Notes: generated by a model not told the origin, from the sequence alone. A stretch of DNA of 64,000 nucleotides from Guillardia theta CCMP2712 (GCF_000315625.1 NW_005434642.1:283131-347130); one strand, 5' to 3'; numbered from the stretch's first letter, positions 12,851 to 26,083 are shown. Program-made: numbers and translations.

Positions 12851-14221
12851 TTACTTTCGACTCATCGAACTCTGCAAGCCGTTGGCGTATCGCTCAAGTT
12901 GCTGCATCTGTCTGAGCATCCTCTTCTGCAAGGGGAAGGAAATGAGCAAGAATATCTCCAAGGGAAGCAAACGTTCTAACTCGTTCTCACTCACCGTTCG
13001 GCTCACATCCCTCCTATTATGGGGTCTTGCAGCCTGAAAAAGCTGCTGCAGTTGAAGCTGCACGGACGAACTTTCAGGACAACCGGTGGAAGCAATTCTC
13101 AGCCGAACCTGTTTCTTCCTTGCACTCTTGTCATCAGGCTCTCCAGTAATCTTGAGCGGTTTGGAGGACAAAGGAGTCATCCCAACGACACTGGCTCTGA
13201 TGTGATAGCTACATGGAGATCAACTAACACGACACAAGTCAACAAGCACTTACGGAGGCTCGTTGTTCGGCCCACTCCCAGTGAAGAGGTCAACCGGAGG
13301 AGGAATTTGTGGCATGATGGGATAGTTCCTCATGAACGTGTAGTTCACCTGTTGCCCTCGTCAGCACAGCGAAGCGAATCCGTGTAAGATCATTATGCCT
13401 GCGGCATGAAAGTAGTTCCTGGCTTGATGCTTTCTGTGTACAACTTGAATGCGTCTACAGTATTTGGAGTTGAACCAAAAGGGGCTGAGTCAGGATCCAA
13501 CTGCACCTGAATGTTCACTCGTCAACCGCTCATCTGCGCCTGCACATCGTTTCTTACCGCGGGGAAGTTAACCCAGTCAGGCTGTTGAGGGACGTTGACG
13601 GTAATCTCTCCCTCATCATCTCCTTCAGACTTGCCGATCTTGATCTGTGTCATGGAGGGCTGCATCATGCCCCAAGGTGTAAACGGAGGCATGTTGGGGG
13701 GAGGCTGAGGGACCTGCCAGCCATTGAGTCATCAAAGACTCAAGAGGACAGACAGCTGACATACCAGGGGCTGCACAGTCGAGGAAGGAAGTGGTCCATA
13801 CGGATAGTTAGAATAAGTGTTGAGAGCGACAGACTCGGGGAGAAGAACCTTTTCAGGCTTAGGATAGGATGCAATCACAGTCGACGGCCTTGGCCTGTAA
13901 TGGCGGTGAGCAACCCATCAACTTCGAAGATCGATCATATTACATTGGTGCCATGCCAGGATAAGGATAATAACCTGCTCCAGGACCAGGATAGGGCGTC
14001 TCAACCACTCGAACCTTCACCTTGTCCCCGTCCTCCTCTTCCTCAAGAGAGCGCGCCGATTGTGTGCGACCGCCCCAGACAAGAAGGATTAGGGCAGCCG
14101 ACGCCATGGCAAGGGCTGAAGTTGACACAACGAGAGAGGTCGTTCTCCTCCTAACCATCCTGCCTCTCTCTTCCTCTCCTTGCTCTCCTCCAAGCAAGCT
14201 CCTCCCCTCACCCGCGACCAT
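12851..14221 (-). CDS. Hypothetical single-pass (type II) membrane protein with Pro/Tyr-rich extracellular part, multi-exon
   Basis: Basic residues then a TM helix (RRRTTSLVVSTSALAMASAALILLVWGG), followed by Pro-rich exons separated by short GT-AG introns. Confidence 0.65.
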
Positions 14222-14249
14222 TCGCTGATGGCTACCTGTAACGGTAGCG

Positions 14250-14350
14250 CAACGGAACATAACCATAGCTCGGCCGAATCATGATGTGAGGTACCGTACG
14301 GTCCCCCTTGGGGCCGGCCCGGCCCTGAGGCCCGGCCTCAGTGACTCGTC

Positions 14351-14381
<31 letters not shown>

Positions 14382-14700
14382 GGGCGCTCTGCGGCAGTGC
14401 CGCCCGGCCTGACGCCCGGCCTGACGCCCGGCCTGACGCCCGGCCTGACGCCCGGCCTGCACCCCGGGCCCGGACCGTGACCGTACCGTACGGCTCGGAA
14501 CTTGTATTTCGCCACTGAGCCGCAAGTCACGTTTAAGTTATCCACTAACTTAAGTTACGGTCACGGCTACCGTGGCACCGTGACTGACCCGCCGGGCCGC
14601 GGGCCGCTGAGTCCTCGCACCGCGCCGCGATGCCCGGCTAGGAACCGACGGTGACTCGGAAGCCTGAGTCTCTTCAAGGTTGCCATCCCAAACATGCCGG
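14250..14700. other. CpG-rich scrambled-word island containing (GCC)n and (GCCCGGCCTGAC)x~5
   Basis: Same vocabulary (ACCGTACGGT, AACTTAAGTT, GTGACTCG) plus tandem repeats at 14352-14460. Confidence 0.65.
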
Positions 14701-15000
14701 GCACTGACAGCAACAAACGGTCAGAGTTAGTCAGAGCCAGGCATCAAGTAGCCTCCGTTCAAGTCACAAGTTCGAGACAAGCCTGCGGTAGCGAGCCATT
14801 GCAGCATCTGATTCGGCAAATCATCTCACTGCCATACCTTTCGACAGAACGCTCCTGATGACACTGTTGCTTTCCCGCATGTCACACAAATGATCTGAAT
14901 CTGAAAGGAGTCAAAAGTCAACTTTCACTCGGATCAGCGATCCACAAGCATCAAATCATTCTTCACATCTCTGTGCAAGTGCCGCGATGGGCCAAGATTT

Positions 15001-16429
15001 CTATCCCTGCAACACACAACAGCAGTCACAAGGAAGCAAAGCGCTCAGACGTGATGCTTCCAGACCTTTGAGCTGCACGCGAAAGAACTTGAACCTTTTC
15101 AAAGTTCGAGTCTGCAATGGACGACATCGATCAAAGTTCCCATCATACTGGAAGGCAAGACCTCTTTCGCCGACATCACTCCTCCTGAGCAGCCGAGCTT
15201 CATGCACCTTTGCTCTCGAGTCCTGATGAGTGTCATGTCGAGTTACTTGCACCCTGCTATCGCGTTGCCGCTTCTCTTCATTCTCCGAATGCAGCATGCT
15301 CCTGAGCAGAGTTCGGTACCTCCGGAAGCGGTTCGGGTTCTCCCCGAGGAATTCCGCGAAGTTAGAGTGAGGTTGAGAACTTCGAGGGACCCCGCCAGAC
15401 ATGATGATCTTCGGAACGAGCGGAAATCTAATCATGGAGTATTTCTTGGATTCGTTTTGCGCGTTTTCATACATCTGAACAGCGCATCATTCATTGATTT
15501 ATGCCGAGCATGATTTCACCTGAAGAATTTCTGGAGGAGGAACAGGAAGCTTTGTTCCCAAGAAATTTCAATCACACGTCTCTCGAGATATTCGTCACCT
15601 TTGATATAAATTCTTCATACTTGGAATTCAGCACGTCGTCTTCAACCACGAAGTCAGGTAACTCGATGTTGCGCACAAAAGTCTTCTCTGCAGGTTTCGA
15701 ACTCAACCCGTGTTCTTCTTTTGCACCTTGCTGTATTCCTGTGTTTTCGTGGAGAGGTATCTTCAAAGGTGAAGGAGAAAAGTAACGAAACTGATTACCT
15801 TCAAGCTCAAGGGCAAGACGAGCAAACTCGTCCACGACAGAATCCGTGTCGAGCTCTCCCCACGAGGGCAAAGGATCATTCGGAGGCTCTTGTGAGACTG
15901 AAGGATCGGCCTCGTGATGGTTCAACAAAATCTTCTTGGCATTTGCATACTTTCCCTTGGACGAATACAAAAGTGCCAACTCTGTCGACACGCCTGCGAT
16001 CTCAGAGAATCTGCTGGTAGCCTGGTAAGCCTTGACAAGAGACTGATAATGCTTGATCGCCTTGTCTGTCTTGTCCAGAAGTTGATATGCCCTTGCAAGT
16101 ACCTTATGAGTGTCGATGATGCCATTCCAGTTGTAATCACTCTTGGCGAATTCAAGAAATTTCTTCAGATATCTTATAGATTGATTGTACATCTTCTCCT
16201 CGAAGAACGCGATACCGAGACATCGGTATATGTTGTGAACGGCCTTGTCATCAATACCTTTACTTCGCTTGGCGAACCGAGTCACATCTTTTTCCAAGGT
16301 GACTACAGCTCTGTAGTCACCCCTCTCGAATTCCCTTGCAAACCGATGAAAGCTTTCGATCTCATGCTTCAACTCCCTCGCATGCGCACGGTGATCTGTC
16401 CCTTGAGACTCTGTCTCGCTCGCACTCAT
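15001..16429 (-). CDS. TPR-repeat protein
   Basis: 285-aa ORF with TPR-like helical repeats (IYRCLGIAFFEEKMYNQSIRYLKKFLEFA; THKVLARAYQLLDKTDKAIKHYQSLV) plus a downstream 157-aa exon. Confidence 0.75.
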
Positions 16430-16523
16430 GCCATGGGCGACACGTCACTTGGCTCTACTGGACACGCAGGGTTGGTCATGCACACATGTACCACTCTCAC
16501 TCTCGCACTCAGAGGGACGGCTC

Positions 16524-16672
<149 letters not shown>

Positions 16673-16881
16673 CTCTTGTCACACACACTTTCTCTCTACT
16701 GTCAGTGAGTTGAGGGAGAGGCGTCACTTTGACAAACCGTTGACTCTTTTTAACAAGTTTCACTGAACCGCTCATCATCAGCTTTCTGCCTCACTCTGAT
16801 GAGTCCAAGTCACTGACCCAGCGTAGTCCGGGAGTTCGCCGCGAGCTCCGGGCCGCGACAACTCAGGTGAAGATTGAGATC

Positions 16882-19664
16882 TCAGGAACTTGAATCCGGC
16901 AGCTTTTCATAGACTCGATCGTACACGTCCAGAGTGCTAGCGTTGCCCTGCGGGTTGACATTGTAATTGTACCTAAGACGTCCAGGGTCAGATGGAAGAC
17001 TAGGATGGATTGAAAAGTATTCGCTCAAGTCACCACTCAATCTTGTCCGGATCAACATCTTCCCATTCCTCTGCAGGCCATTCCGTCCTGTCCCTTTCAT
17101 CTGTCATGAATCCCGTCAGACCAACAAGGGGAAATCCGAGGCAGACACACGTGGAAAGAACTTGAAGAAATCCTTCCTTGAAATCCTCGTAGGCTCGATA
17201 TCTTCGATATGCTTGACGAGCCTTGTCAAACCTCTACATGTTCCAAAGTTCCAGTCAGTGCAGCCGCCTCCTACTCTCTTTCCTGACTTGCAAGTGAGGC
17301 ACGGTAGAGGATCGTAACGGCAAGGGCAAAACTCTCTCTTTGTTTGAGCTATGATTTCGCTCCCGTTGAAAATCATCTGCCAAGACAAAGTTTCAGAGCT
17401 CCAGACAACCTCATCGTCAGCGACGAACAGGCTGTCGGGGAAGCTCAGTGAAAATCCTCGGCGGTTCCTGTCCATGGGCCACAGCGATCTCCTCAGGAGT
17501 CATCCAAACAGGCTTTCGACGTTATCAAGCACTCAGTTCGTGACATGCCAGCAAGCCAAGTCAACTCACCTCTTCACCAAATTCCGAGATGTTTGGTAGA
17601 TCTTTCAAGTCTTTATCAGTGACTTCTTCGATGCGTCCTTGCCATCCTGTTCCAAGTTCACAAGTCGAGACAGTGATGGCAGGGGATGACCTTCTGGAGG
17701 AGGTACCAGCCTGTAGAGGTCCTTGACAGCAAGCATGTCCTCGTCCACCTCCGATTCCCGTTGCTGCTCGTTCTCAACATTCTCTTGTTCAGATGGGTCG
17801 CCTTCGTTTGTCTTGTTCTTGGTTTCCGAATTCCAGGCTGAGGCGTAGATCCTCGAGTACATCTCTCGCCAGGCAGTAGCATTCATTTCTGTCGTGCGGT
17901 CAATGTAGACTTCCTCAGGCAGGGGATCAAACCTGGATCAACTGAGCTTTCGTTGAATGACAGCTCGTCACCAGCTTCATCTGATCCAACACCAGTGAGA
18001 TGAGGATACAACTTTATCACTCCCTCACCTTCGCTTTCCTCCCTCAGGGTTGCAGGATCGTGTACGGCAAAGAAGTTTTTGCGCTTATCCGGATCGCTGG
18101 TGGCTACGATAGACAAATCTGTCGAATTTTCCTCGGATACGTACTCTTCTAACAGCCCGTGCTGGTAGTATCCCCGGCCTTCTTTCCCGTCTGTGAACAT
18201 GTAATCCTTTTTGGGCCCGAGGTACTGAACTCAAGCCCGTCAGCATTGCTCCAGCGCCATAATGGGTACGTACAGACGAGCTCTGGATGAAAGGTTTCTT
18301 CTGCTTGACTTTTGAACACAATCAAGAAGTCATAGGCAGCTCTCGTCTAACTGAATGATCACCTTCAGAGTAGCTGAAGCCGTCTGACAGTAATTTGGCG
18401 TCTGCTTTCTGTGTGGTTTCCAGAGTGTTGAAGTAACTACAGCGCATTTCATCATGAAACTTGCAGACTAGATCTTCTTCTCAAGACCTGTACAGATCCC
18501 AGAGACGCGAGAGTGGCGTGCTTGCATTTAAGAGAAGAGTTTTCAGCCATGCTCGAGTTTCACCATGCCTGTAATTCAAGTCAGCATGAAAGCAGCTCCG
18601 TTGGGTTGGGAACACTTGGCAAGAAACGCAACGAGCTCGGAACGCTCGATCTTTTGTTTAACTTCGTCATTGTCATCGAGCCCCTGCAAATCGCAGGATG
18701 TTATTACAAGCCCTTGCAAGAACAGAGTGAAGAGAATGACTTCGGTGATGTTGATCTTCCCAAGATGCTTCATGAAAGTCCCTAACACTGACGTTAAGTG
18801 ACCTTGTGGGCAGGGCTCAATGTGACGATACCATTGTTCAAACTTTCATTATACTCTTGATCTACAGCTCCCAGAGCATCCTATCATCATCTCATTCAGG
18901 CAAGTTCCATGTAAGACGAGAGGGAGAGTACCTCAAACGATGCGGAGAACAACTCATCGCTGAAAGTGTCCTCAGAACTGAGGGTTGACGAGCTCAAGGG
19001 CTCCCAATCATCGTCCAGGTTCTCCTCATATGCAGACAGTTGTTCAGGACCTTCCGGAGAGAGGTCTCTCTGCCACACACATGATCAGACACCACTTACT
19101 CAGGAGGAGGACAAGGCTAGCAGAGTTCGAGTCTCACCCATTCCTGCGTCGGCTTCTTCTGCCTCTTACTGAGGGAGTCCATTCGACCTGAATCCGCCCT
19201 TCGAGCACCGCCTTTTTTATCAGAGTCACTGTCCTCTAGAGAGGAAATCCCTTTTTGCAGAAGGTTGGTCAGGCTGCAGAGCTGTAATCAGTGATATTAC
19301 CTCTCACAAGCTCTACTTCCGATGACTTGGAGCAGGCATCCGGGCCCTCCAAGTTACCAGATTCATCCGACATGTGACCCGAACCTCCTCTCAGACAAGG
19401 TATCTTGTGTCTCGCACCTGCAGGCATCCCTCTTGACACGCATGACAGCAACCTGCCCAGGTTGGGACTGGTTCTACTACCCCGCTCCGTAGGCAGTTGC
19501 ACCATTCTGTTGACAAGGCATGCTGGTTGTCCCAGCGCTCGTCTTATCAGTCTGATGAGGGGAAAGAAGGAAAATCGAGCTCCGTGCTCCTCCATATCTC
19601 CCTCCTGCAGCAGCAGGAGCAGCAGGAGCAGCAGCATTGCGCCTGCTCCCCGTCTCCCGGCCAT
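16882..19664 (-). CDS. Hypothetical protein with signal-like N-terminus, LRGG motif, a GxKxxYxF..G..G.GYY motif and a Cys-rich C-terminal region, multi-exon
   Basis: [20 protein letters not shown]...CLRGGSG; acidic exons; FIQSSS|YLGPKKDYMFTDGKEGRGYYQH; FCPCRYDPLPCLTCKSG...CTDWNFGTC. Confidence 0.6.
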
Positions 19665-19710
19665 GAGCCCGGTCGATCGGATCGAGTCTGCCTCGGGGAA
19701 AGCCAGCTCT

Positions 19711-19763
19711 GGATACTTCACGGATACCTTCACGGATACCTTCACGGATACCTTCACGGATAC
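19711..19763. repeat. 12-bp tandem repeat (CTTCACGGATAC)x~4
   Basis: Direct inspection; about 50 bp upstream of ATG 19664(-). Confidence 0.95.
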
Positions 19764-19789
19764 TGGCTGCTATTGCCTCGGCCGCGATA

Positions 19790-20010
19790 AAGTACTGAGG
19801 GTAGGGCAGTCTGTATGGATTATGGGGGGGTACATTGGTGCAATTGTACTCTAGGGGTAGGGTGCCTGTCATTGTTGCCGTTTCAGGCTGGGGTACTTTA
19901 CACATCAACTGACCGGTGAAGAAATTTTATGAACCCGTACATGACAACACCCTCTGGAGAGTTCTCGTGGGGTGGTGGAGCATGGTTGATCGGAGGGGTG
20001 GGGTACATGT
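19790..20010. promoter_or_regulatory. GGGGTA island between divergent genes
   Basis: GGGGGGGTAC, GGGGTAGGG and GGGGTAC words between the ATGs at 19664(-) and 20030(+). Confidence 0.55.
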
Positions 20011-20029
20011 GAGGAGGAAGGCTTCAACA

Positions 20030-20740
20030 ATGTCGTCTGGGTTCGGGGCGAGAGGCGGGACAGGCCGCTGTTATGGCTTCTGGACGGACTTTCATGAGTG
20101 CATGAAGCAGACAGACGACCCCAACACATGCATCAAGGCGAGAGAGGCAAGTTTCTCTTCTCCTTCTGCTCCTCATCTCCCTCTCTGTCTCTCTGCCTCC
20201 TTGGTCCCGTTCCCCAACGTCTCCTATGACAGCGGTTCCACTGAAATCTGATGCGATGGTTTGAATGTGCATTTTACCTCTGAGAGAATCTGTCTCATTT
20301 GGTTATCTGGGCTGTTTTTGTTTTGTTGTCTTGCTGTGGATCATAAGTGTAGTACTGCGGGTCGTAATTTTGATTGAATGGTTGTATACGAATCTAATTT
20401 GGATTATTACGAAGTGGTGCTGTATGTACTTCTTATCTACTAATATGAATCATTTCAAAAGCGACATGTTTGATTCGGGTATATTAGAGGATATTAGGAA
20501 TAGATTTCAAACAGGATTGAAAGAACTTAAGTGTGTGTCAAGAATATCGTTTTTTCTCCTTTAATTTGAATATGAACAGGATTACTTTGAATGCTTGCAC
20601 CATTTCAAAGAGATGGCAAGAATCAATGCCATCACCTTGGAAGCTCGTCGCCAAGAAAAATTGGCAAAAGAGGTGATCGTAACGAATTGTTCTTCTATGA
20701 TCTCACTATTGCTTCCCAGCAAAAAGCTGAAACAAGTTAG
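20030..20740 (+). CDS. NDUFS5: NADH:ubiquinone oxidoreductase 15 kDa twin-CX9C subunit, 3 exons
   Basis: Exons 20030-20146, 20580-20672 and 20720-20740 give [39 protein letters not shown]|[16 protein letters not shown]..., matching plant/fungal NDUFS5. The first intron is GC-AG. Confidence 0.9.
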
Positions 20741-21049
20741 GCTTTGTTTTGGATGGCTTTGTGATTTACGATTACAGACAAAATCGAACTTGAATCAATT
20801 TTATGTGTGCATTTACTTTGAAACTGATTGATGGAGGATGCGATAAAATCATGGAAGGTGAGGGCAGCGGGAGAAAGAGAAAAGATGGTGTTGATGGTTA
20901 GTCTTCTAGCTTCGATAACTCCCCAAGCTCGATCTCATCATCATATGCACACATGGGTTCATACTGCATCATATTCAGACTGCGGTCACGCTTTAACCTG
21001 CCCAAGGAGGGCAAGACAAAATTTTCTCACGTGCGGTGCTGAACGAAAT

Positions 21050-23510
21050 CTATGGTTGGTCTCGCGTTTCTTGGGAGCAAAGTAGTTCTGATTCAACGTC
21101 ATGGAGGATGATACACATTCACCCTTCCTCCCTCTACCTCACTCCCCCACTCCTTCTCTCCCTCATCACAAACTCTCGCTCTCGCCCTCACCTTGACATC
21201 AGCAAGGTAACTTCGAACGAGGTTCACAAGGTGATGGCTGCCGGATCTCAGCCCCATGCCAACTCTGAGGATACAGAGCGAGAAGCAATACACTGAATTC
21301 TCCGTCATATGCTGCTAGCAATCGAGTAGTCAAGCACACCAGCTGCGAGCCCGAACAGCAGTAGCAGCAGGTCGACCAACGGTAACCCATTGCTGCAGTA
21401 CACTTAGTACTTCAGGGTCCTCCATTGGACTTGAGCAAGCACCTAGATTTCAAGCTGGATGGGATCATATCTTGAAAGAGACTGTGGATGGATGTGTTCT
21501 GTTGAAGAGATATCAATCCTTGACAAGACGAAATCTCAATATTACCTGGAGATAGGCCTTCACTGCGATGTAATCCCCAAAGCTGCCGACAAAGTCTGGC
21601 AAAGAACTGTTTCCAGACTGGCATGCTGGTTACTGCGAAGTGCGTCTATGGTCGAAAGAGAATTATACCTGGAGCCACTTTGACAGTTTGTCCACTGTTG
21701 CCTCAATCGAAGTTCCATTCGCCTGCTTCACGATCCAATTCTGCAAAAAATTCCCCATGATCAGATTTTCCCTCAGATGCACGTGACTGTGTGCAATACC
21801 TTGATGACCTCAGAGGGGTCCAACGAGCTTATTTTATGCACGCAAGTGTACCGCATTATGTCCCCGTCAAGGTACGCAAGGAAGATATCAAGACCATCTT
21901 TAGAGACCGCTAGTCCTGAAAAATGTTTGTCGTTGCTCTCTGGGCAAGATCGTCACCTTCCAGAAACGTCCGGCCAAGGCTACAAACCTCCTACTGAGAG
22001 CCTCAACAAGGTCCGTCCGTCCATGTCCACTTGGAACAGTCCACCTGGCGATCGCTTTTGCAGAAGAAGGACGTATCCATGCTCGTTCTGGCCACCCTCA
22101 CCTTTGATGAACCCAAGGTCTCCGATCTTGCCGAACGAGCCACCTCCTCCCCATTCAAGCGCAACCCGCTCTTCACATGCTTTGTTGCTCTCTCCCTCCA
22201 GTAGCTCCCCTCCTAGCGTTCCATGCTTTTGCAAGCACAATTCATGAGCGATTGCGAGAGCTGTGTCTGACTGTCTGTCTGCCCACCAGACGACATCTGT
22301 CACGTGCTGATTGCCTTCATGCTGATGCCGCACTTTCGAGATCACGCGTGGCTTGTTGTTGGCAACATAGAAATCCTTTCGCATCCAGTCGAAGGCAATA
22401 CCATCAAGATCGGAATTTTTCTGAAGATATTCTTTACAATTCGAGCGAGTGATGGAAATGAGATGGTTACGTTCACCTCTTTCGGCTCAAGCTGGAATGT
22501 TTCATGGAGGATCTTCGAATACTCTAATGTGTCTTCGAGAAGCCATTGCTTGCTCAAGTTCACGAACGTGATTCTATCATGATAGACCAGTCAACATTTC
22601 TCATCGCCAGACAAACGACCACACCTTGGCATGGAAGTTTCCACGTAACCAAAGATTGAATCCCGAACGTAGGAGAGGGCTGTCAAGCGCAGGGGTCAAG
22701 TAGGTAACAATGAGGTCTTAGAACACCTGTAATGTTCCCAAAGCCTACCATTCTACGTCGGTTTATGATTTTGCCTCCTGGCCAACAAGTAAGATCCGGT
22801 CGTGCTGCCGAAACGAAGGGGTCATTGATAACCTTGATTGTATTCGATGATTTCCATTCCTTTCTACGATAATGGCATTGGTGACAAACAGAAGTAATTG
22901 CATAACTGAATACCTCTACATTTCTATGGATCACCATCAGGGAATTGTTATGGTCGAAGTATGCTGTCCCTGACAAAACCACCTTACTCGGGCACATTTG
23001 GCAACACAAGTTCCGTTTACCCAAGACTTCTTCAGAAGTTCCTCGGAAATCATCAGCACTCCACTGGCTCTTTGTATCAACATGCGAACAAGAGGTGGAG
23101 TTGAGCTTACCGAGTTGACCTTGAAATCGTCGACGAGGCAGAGCCCGTCGAAAGAAGCACACGGGACGGGCAAATTCACATACAGGAGGGAGAGATACAA
23201 GAAAATACATCGAACCCCACGCATCGTCGCCATCCTCATGGTCCAAGAAAGTGTAAAATCACTGCCGTTCTTCGAATCTACATGTGTACTTCGAGCATAC
23301 GGGTCGATTTTACGAGTCTCCGATTCGACCCCACCTGCTCAGTCCCCGTCTCCCTTCCCCTCCTCCTGCTCTTGTTTGATGCTTCTCTATAGCTTTCCTT
23401 CGCAACGTCTTGCTTCGATGCTCTTCCTCGTGATCGCTGCCCCCTCCTCCTCTCCTCAAGCGCTCATACTGACCAGTCAGGCCTCCGACATGTTTTCCCG
23501 CATGTTTCCG
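21050..23510 (-). CDS. Hypothetical multi-exon protein; boundaries uncertain
   Basis: Chain of minus-strand ORFs (22683-23246, 22342-22563, 21980-22384 and smaller) separated by intron-sized gaps. No family recognised. Confidence 0.45.
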
Positions 23511-23819
23511 CAAGGTTTGGTGAAAGGTCTACCAGCTTCTCCGGTTTCCGTGGTCTGCCATCATTCCCTGCCACTTGCTAATGCTTGCAGGGAAGATGCA
23601 GGCAAAGTGAGAGGGAGAGCGTTGGGGAGGAAGAGCAGACGAGGGGAGAAGAGGAAGGAGGAAGGGAGAACGCTGTGTGGACCAAGAGCAAGGGCTGAAG
23701 GAGGTAGGAGGAGGAGCAAGCATCTGCTAGTTGGCACGACAAGACGCCAAACGTGTGTTGGAGGAGGCAGGCACAAAGGCGACGCACTCGTTAGGAAAGC
23801 TCCATTGCGACGGATACCC

Positions 23820-24117
23820 ATGGACGCTGGATATCGCACAGGGCTTGGCCACCCATATACTCGGCAGTACTTCAACCCCATCGAGACCGGCGCCGCCAAC
23901 GTACACTTGAACCCGTGGTTGCTCCTCCTAGCACTAATCCTGATCTATATCTGGTCAGATTCATTTTATGCATGATGAGGATGCTGATGAGCTCCATGAC
24001 AGGTGGAAGACAATGATAAGTGGGAGCTCGCTGCTTGGAAGACAAGCAGCGCAAGCTACTTCTGGTACAGAGATGCACCCTAGCGGCTATGGATCGAGGG
24101 GTTATACGCGATTATGA
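23820..24117 (+). CDS. Small single-pass membrane protein (~80 aa), 2 exons
   Basis: [45 protein letters not shown]|WKTMISGSS...GYTRL* after removing a ~50 bp GT-AG intron. Confidence 0.6.
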
Positions 24118-24392
24118 TAGATCGACAATAGAGTGTAGAAACATGTTCCTTTGTAGCTCTTGAGGATTTTGCCACGGATGGGATTATGCAGACAGTCTAA
24201 CTGGGCATGATCATGTTCGATGTGACAAAGTTTAAGACAGGATTGATTGGCAAATACAAGTCTTTGTAATAGCTTTTGATACAAATCAACTCTGTGCAAT
24301 CATTCCGCATGCTCTGCGATTCAGATTCATCAGCTTGTAAAATTTAAAACGGTCAAGTTGAGCCTTCGCGAGTATATGTCATGCTTTAGCAT

Positions 24393-26083
24393 TTAAGGTA
24401 TGTGCTTGTAACCCGTTGCGTTCCACCCCTTAGGATCTCTCAACCCGTACCTGCCGTTCAAGGATCAGGTTGAGTGCGATCAAGAGGCACTGCTCGTCAC
24501 TTGTCCAAGTCTCCTTCAGTCACCGAAGGCACACTGCACCAACAAAGTCAAGACGGGCGAGAGCTGCAGAAGCCTCTCATCACTTGAGTCCTAACTTCAC
24601 CGCCTCTTCTGCCGTGAGGGTGATTGGTCCACTGAGCCCCAGAGCTATGAGAAGCAAATATCAGGCGCGATGCTTCTGAGAAAAAAGTTGGTTCATCGGG
24701 TCCAACCTGCAGCTTCATCGGCTGTCAGCCTGTACGTGGTTCCAAGCAAGCCCAAGTCTGATTTGTCCTGGTTCGTGACTTTCGACTGGTGTTTCATGTC
24801 AGAACTGCAGAATTCAAGCAGGAATACATACCAAATTCAACCCCAAATGATCAATATCATCGTCAGTGACGGCTATAGGTGCAACGCCCATTGACTGTCA
24901 TTAGATTATCAGCTTTTTACCGGGAAAATAGTGAAGGTGCACTACCTTGATGTCGTCGTCTGTTACAGGATCCAACTTCAAGCCGTATCTGATAGATTCG
25001 GACTGTCAGAAGAATGCCATACTCCATTGAGGTTCTACTTGTTCACATCATCGTCGGTGACATCGATAGCGTCACGTTGGCGCGAACCAGACGGCGCAAG
25101 CAACCCATAGCGATCAACATCTTCCGCTGGAGCACATGTCAGCACTGAACTCTTTGATCCCCAGCAGCGTTTTACCCGTCACAGGTTCATGAACGTCTTC
25201 GAACCCGCTCGGCGCAACCAGCCCGTATCGTTCTACGTCCTCGGGAGTGACCTGGATGTTTCCACCGTACCCGCCTGCTGCAGCTGTGGGTACACTCAAC
25301 CCGAGTCTGAAGAGCACACGTCAGTCCTCAAGATGCTGTACACAAACAACCCACCTCTCAATATCATCCTTGGTGACATTGATGGCGGGGACATTGAACC
25401 CTGCCGGTGCTTTCAATCCGAGCCTCTCGATATCGGCATCCGTGACTTGAATGTTTGGGGTTTCAAATCCCTGTGGAGCAGACAGGCCTAATCGGTCGAT
25501 GTCTTGAGCTGTAACAGTGATCGATTCCTCCTGGACAAGGCTGGTGAGGCTCTCATACATTGAAATACCTCCCAACATCTGAGGTTTACCGGAGTCAACG
25601 AAGTCCGAGCTCCTTTGTGATGAGATGCCAAGAGCAAGATAGCTACACAAGCTATGGCAGCGCCACAAACGCTAGCTTGAACACCCCTCCTCGTCCTCTG
25701 CTGCTTCTCCGCTGACCGTTGACTACAAGGTACAGATTAGTCCAGGGAAGAAAACCAATCAACATCCATAGGATCAACATGACATATGTACTCCATGTCG
25801 TCAAAACTCTAGAGGCAACAAGAAACCAACCACATCACACATCTGAGTTCAACACTGAGAGGCATCATGAGGCAGACGAGCGTTCGACTAGAGCCCTTCG
25901 GGGCAAGGGACCGGGGGATCAAGTTCACTTCATCACAACTCCACATCATGATATAACTGCCAGCAAGCAGCAAGGAAACAATGATCATACTTCACCATAC
26001 CTTACTATGCATGGCTCGAACGTCCTGAAGTCTGCCATTACCAGCCGCACCTCCTCCCCGCCTTCTGTTGCCTCCCCTGCCAT
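24393..26083 (-). CDS. Type II membrane protein with tandem VTxxD(I/V)xR(L/Y)GL repeats, multi-exon
   Basis: TM segment ASVCGAAIACVAILLLAS followed by about 10-11 imperfect repeats spread across spliced exons, ending YGLRDPKGWNATGYKHIP*. Confidence 0.78.

Noticed and set aside
22998-23975. 325-aa plus-strand ORF as a single protein
   Set aside because: Only the last ~45 codons look coding (small TM gene). The rest overlaps a minus-strand gene and low-complexity spacer.
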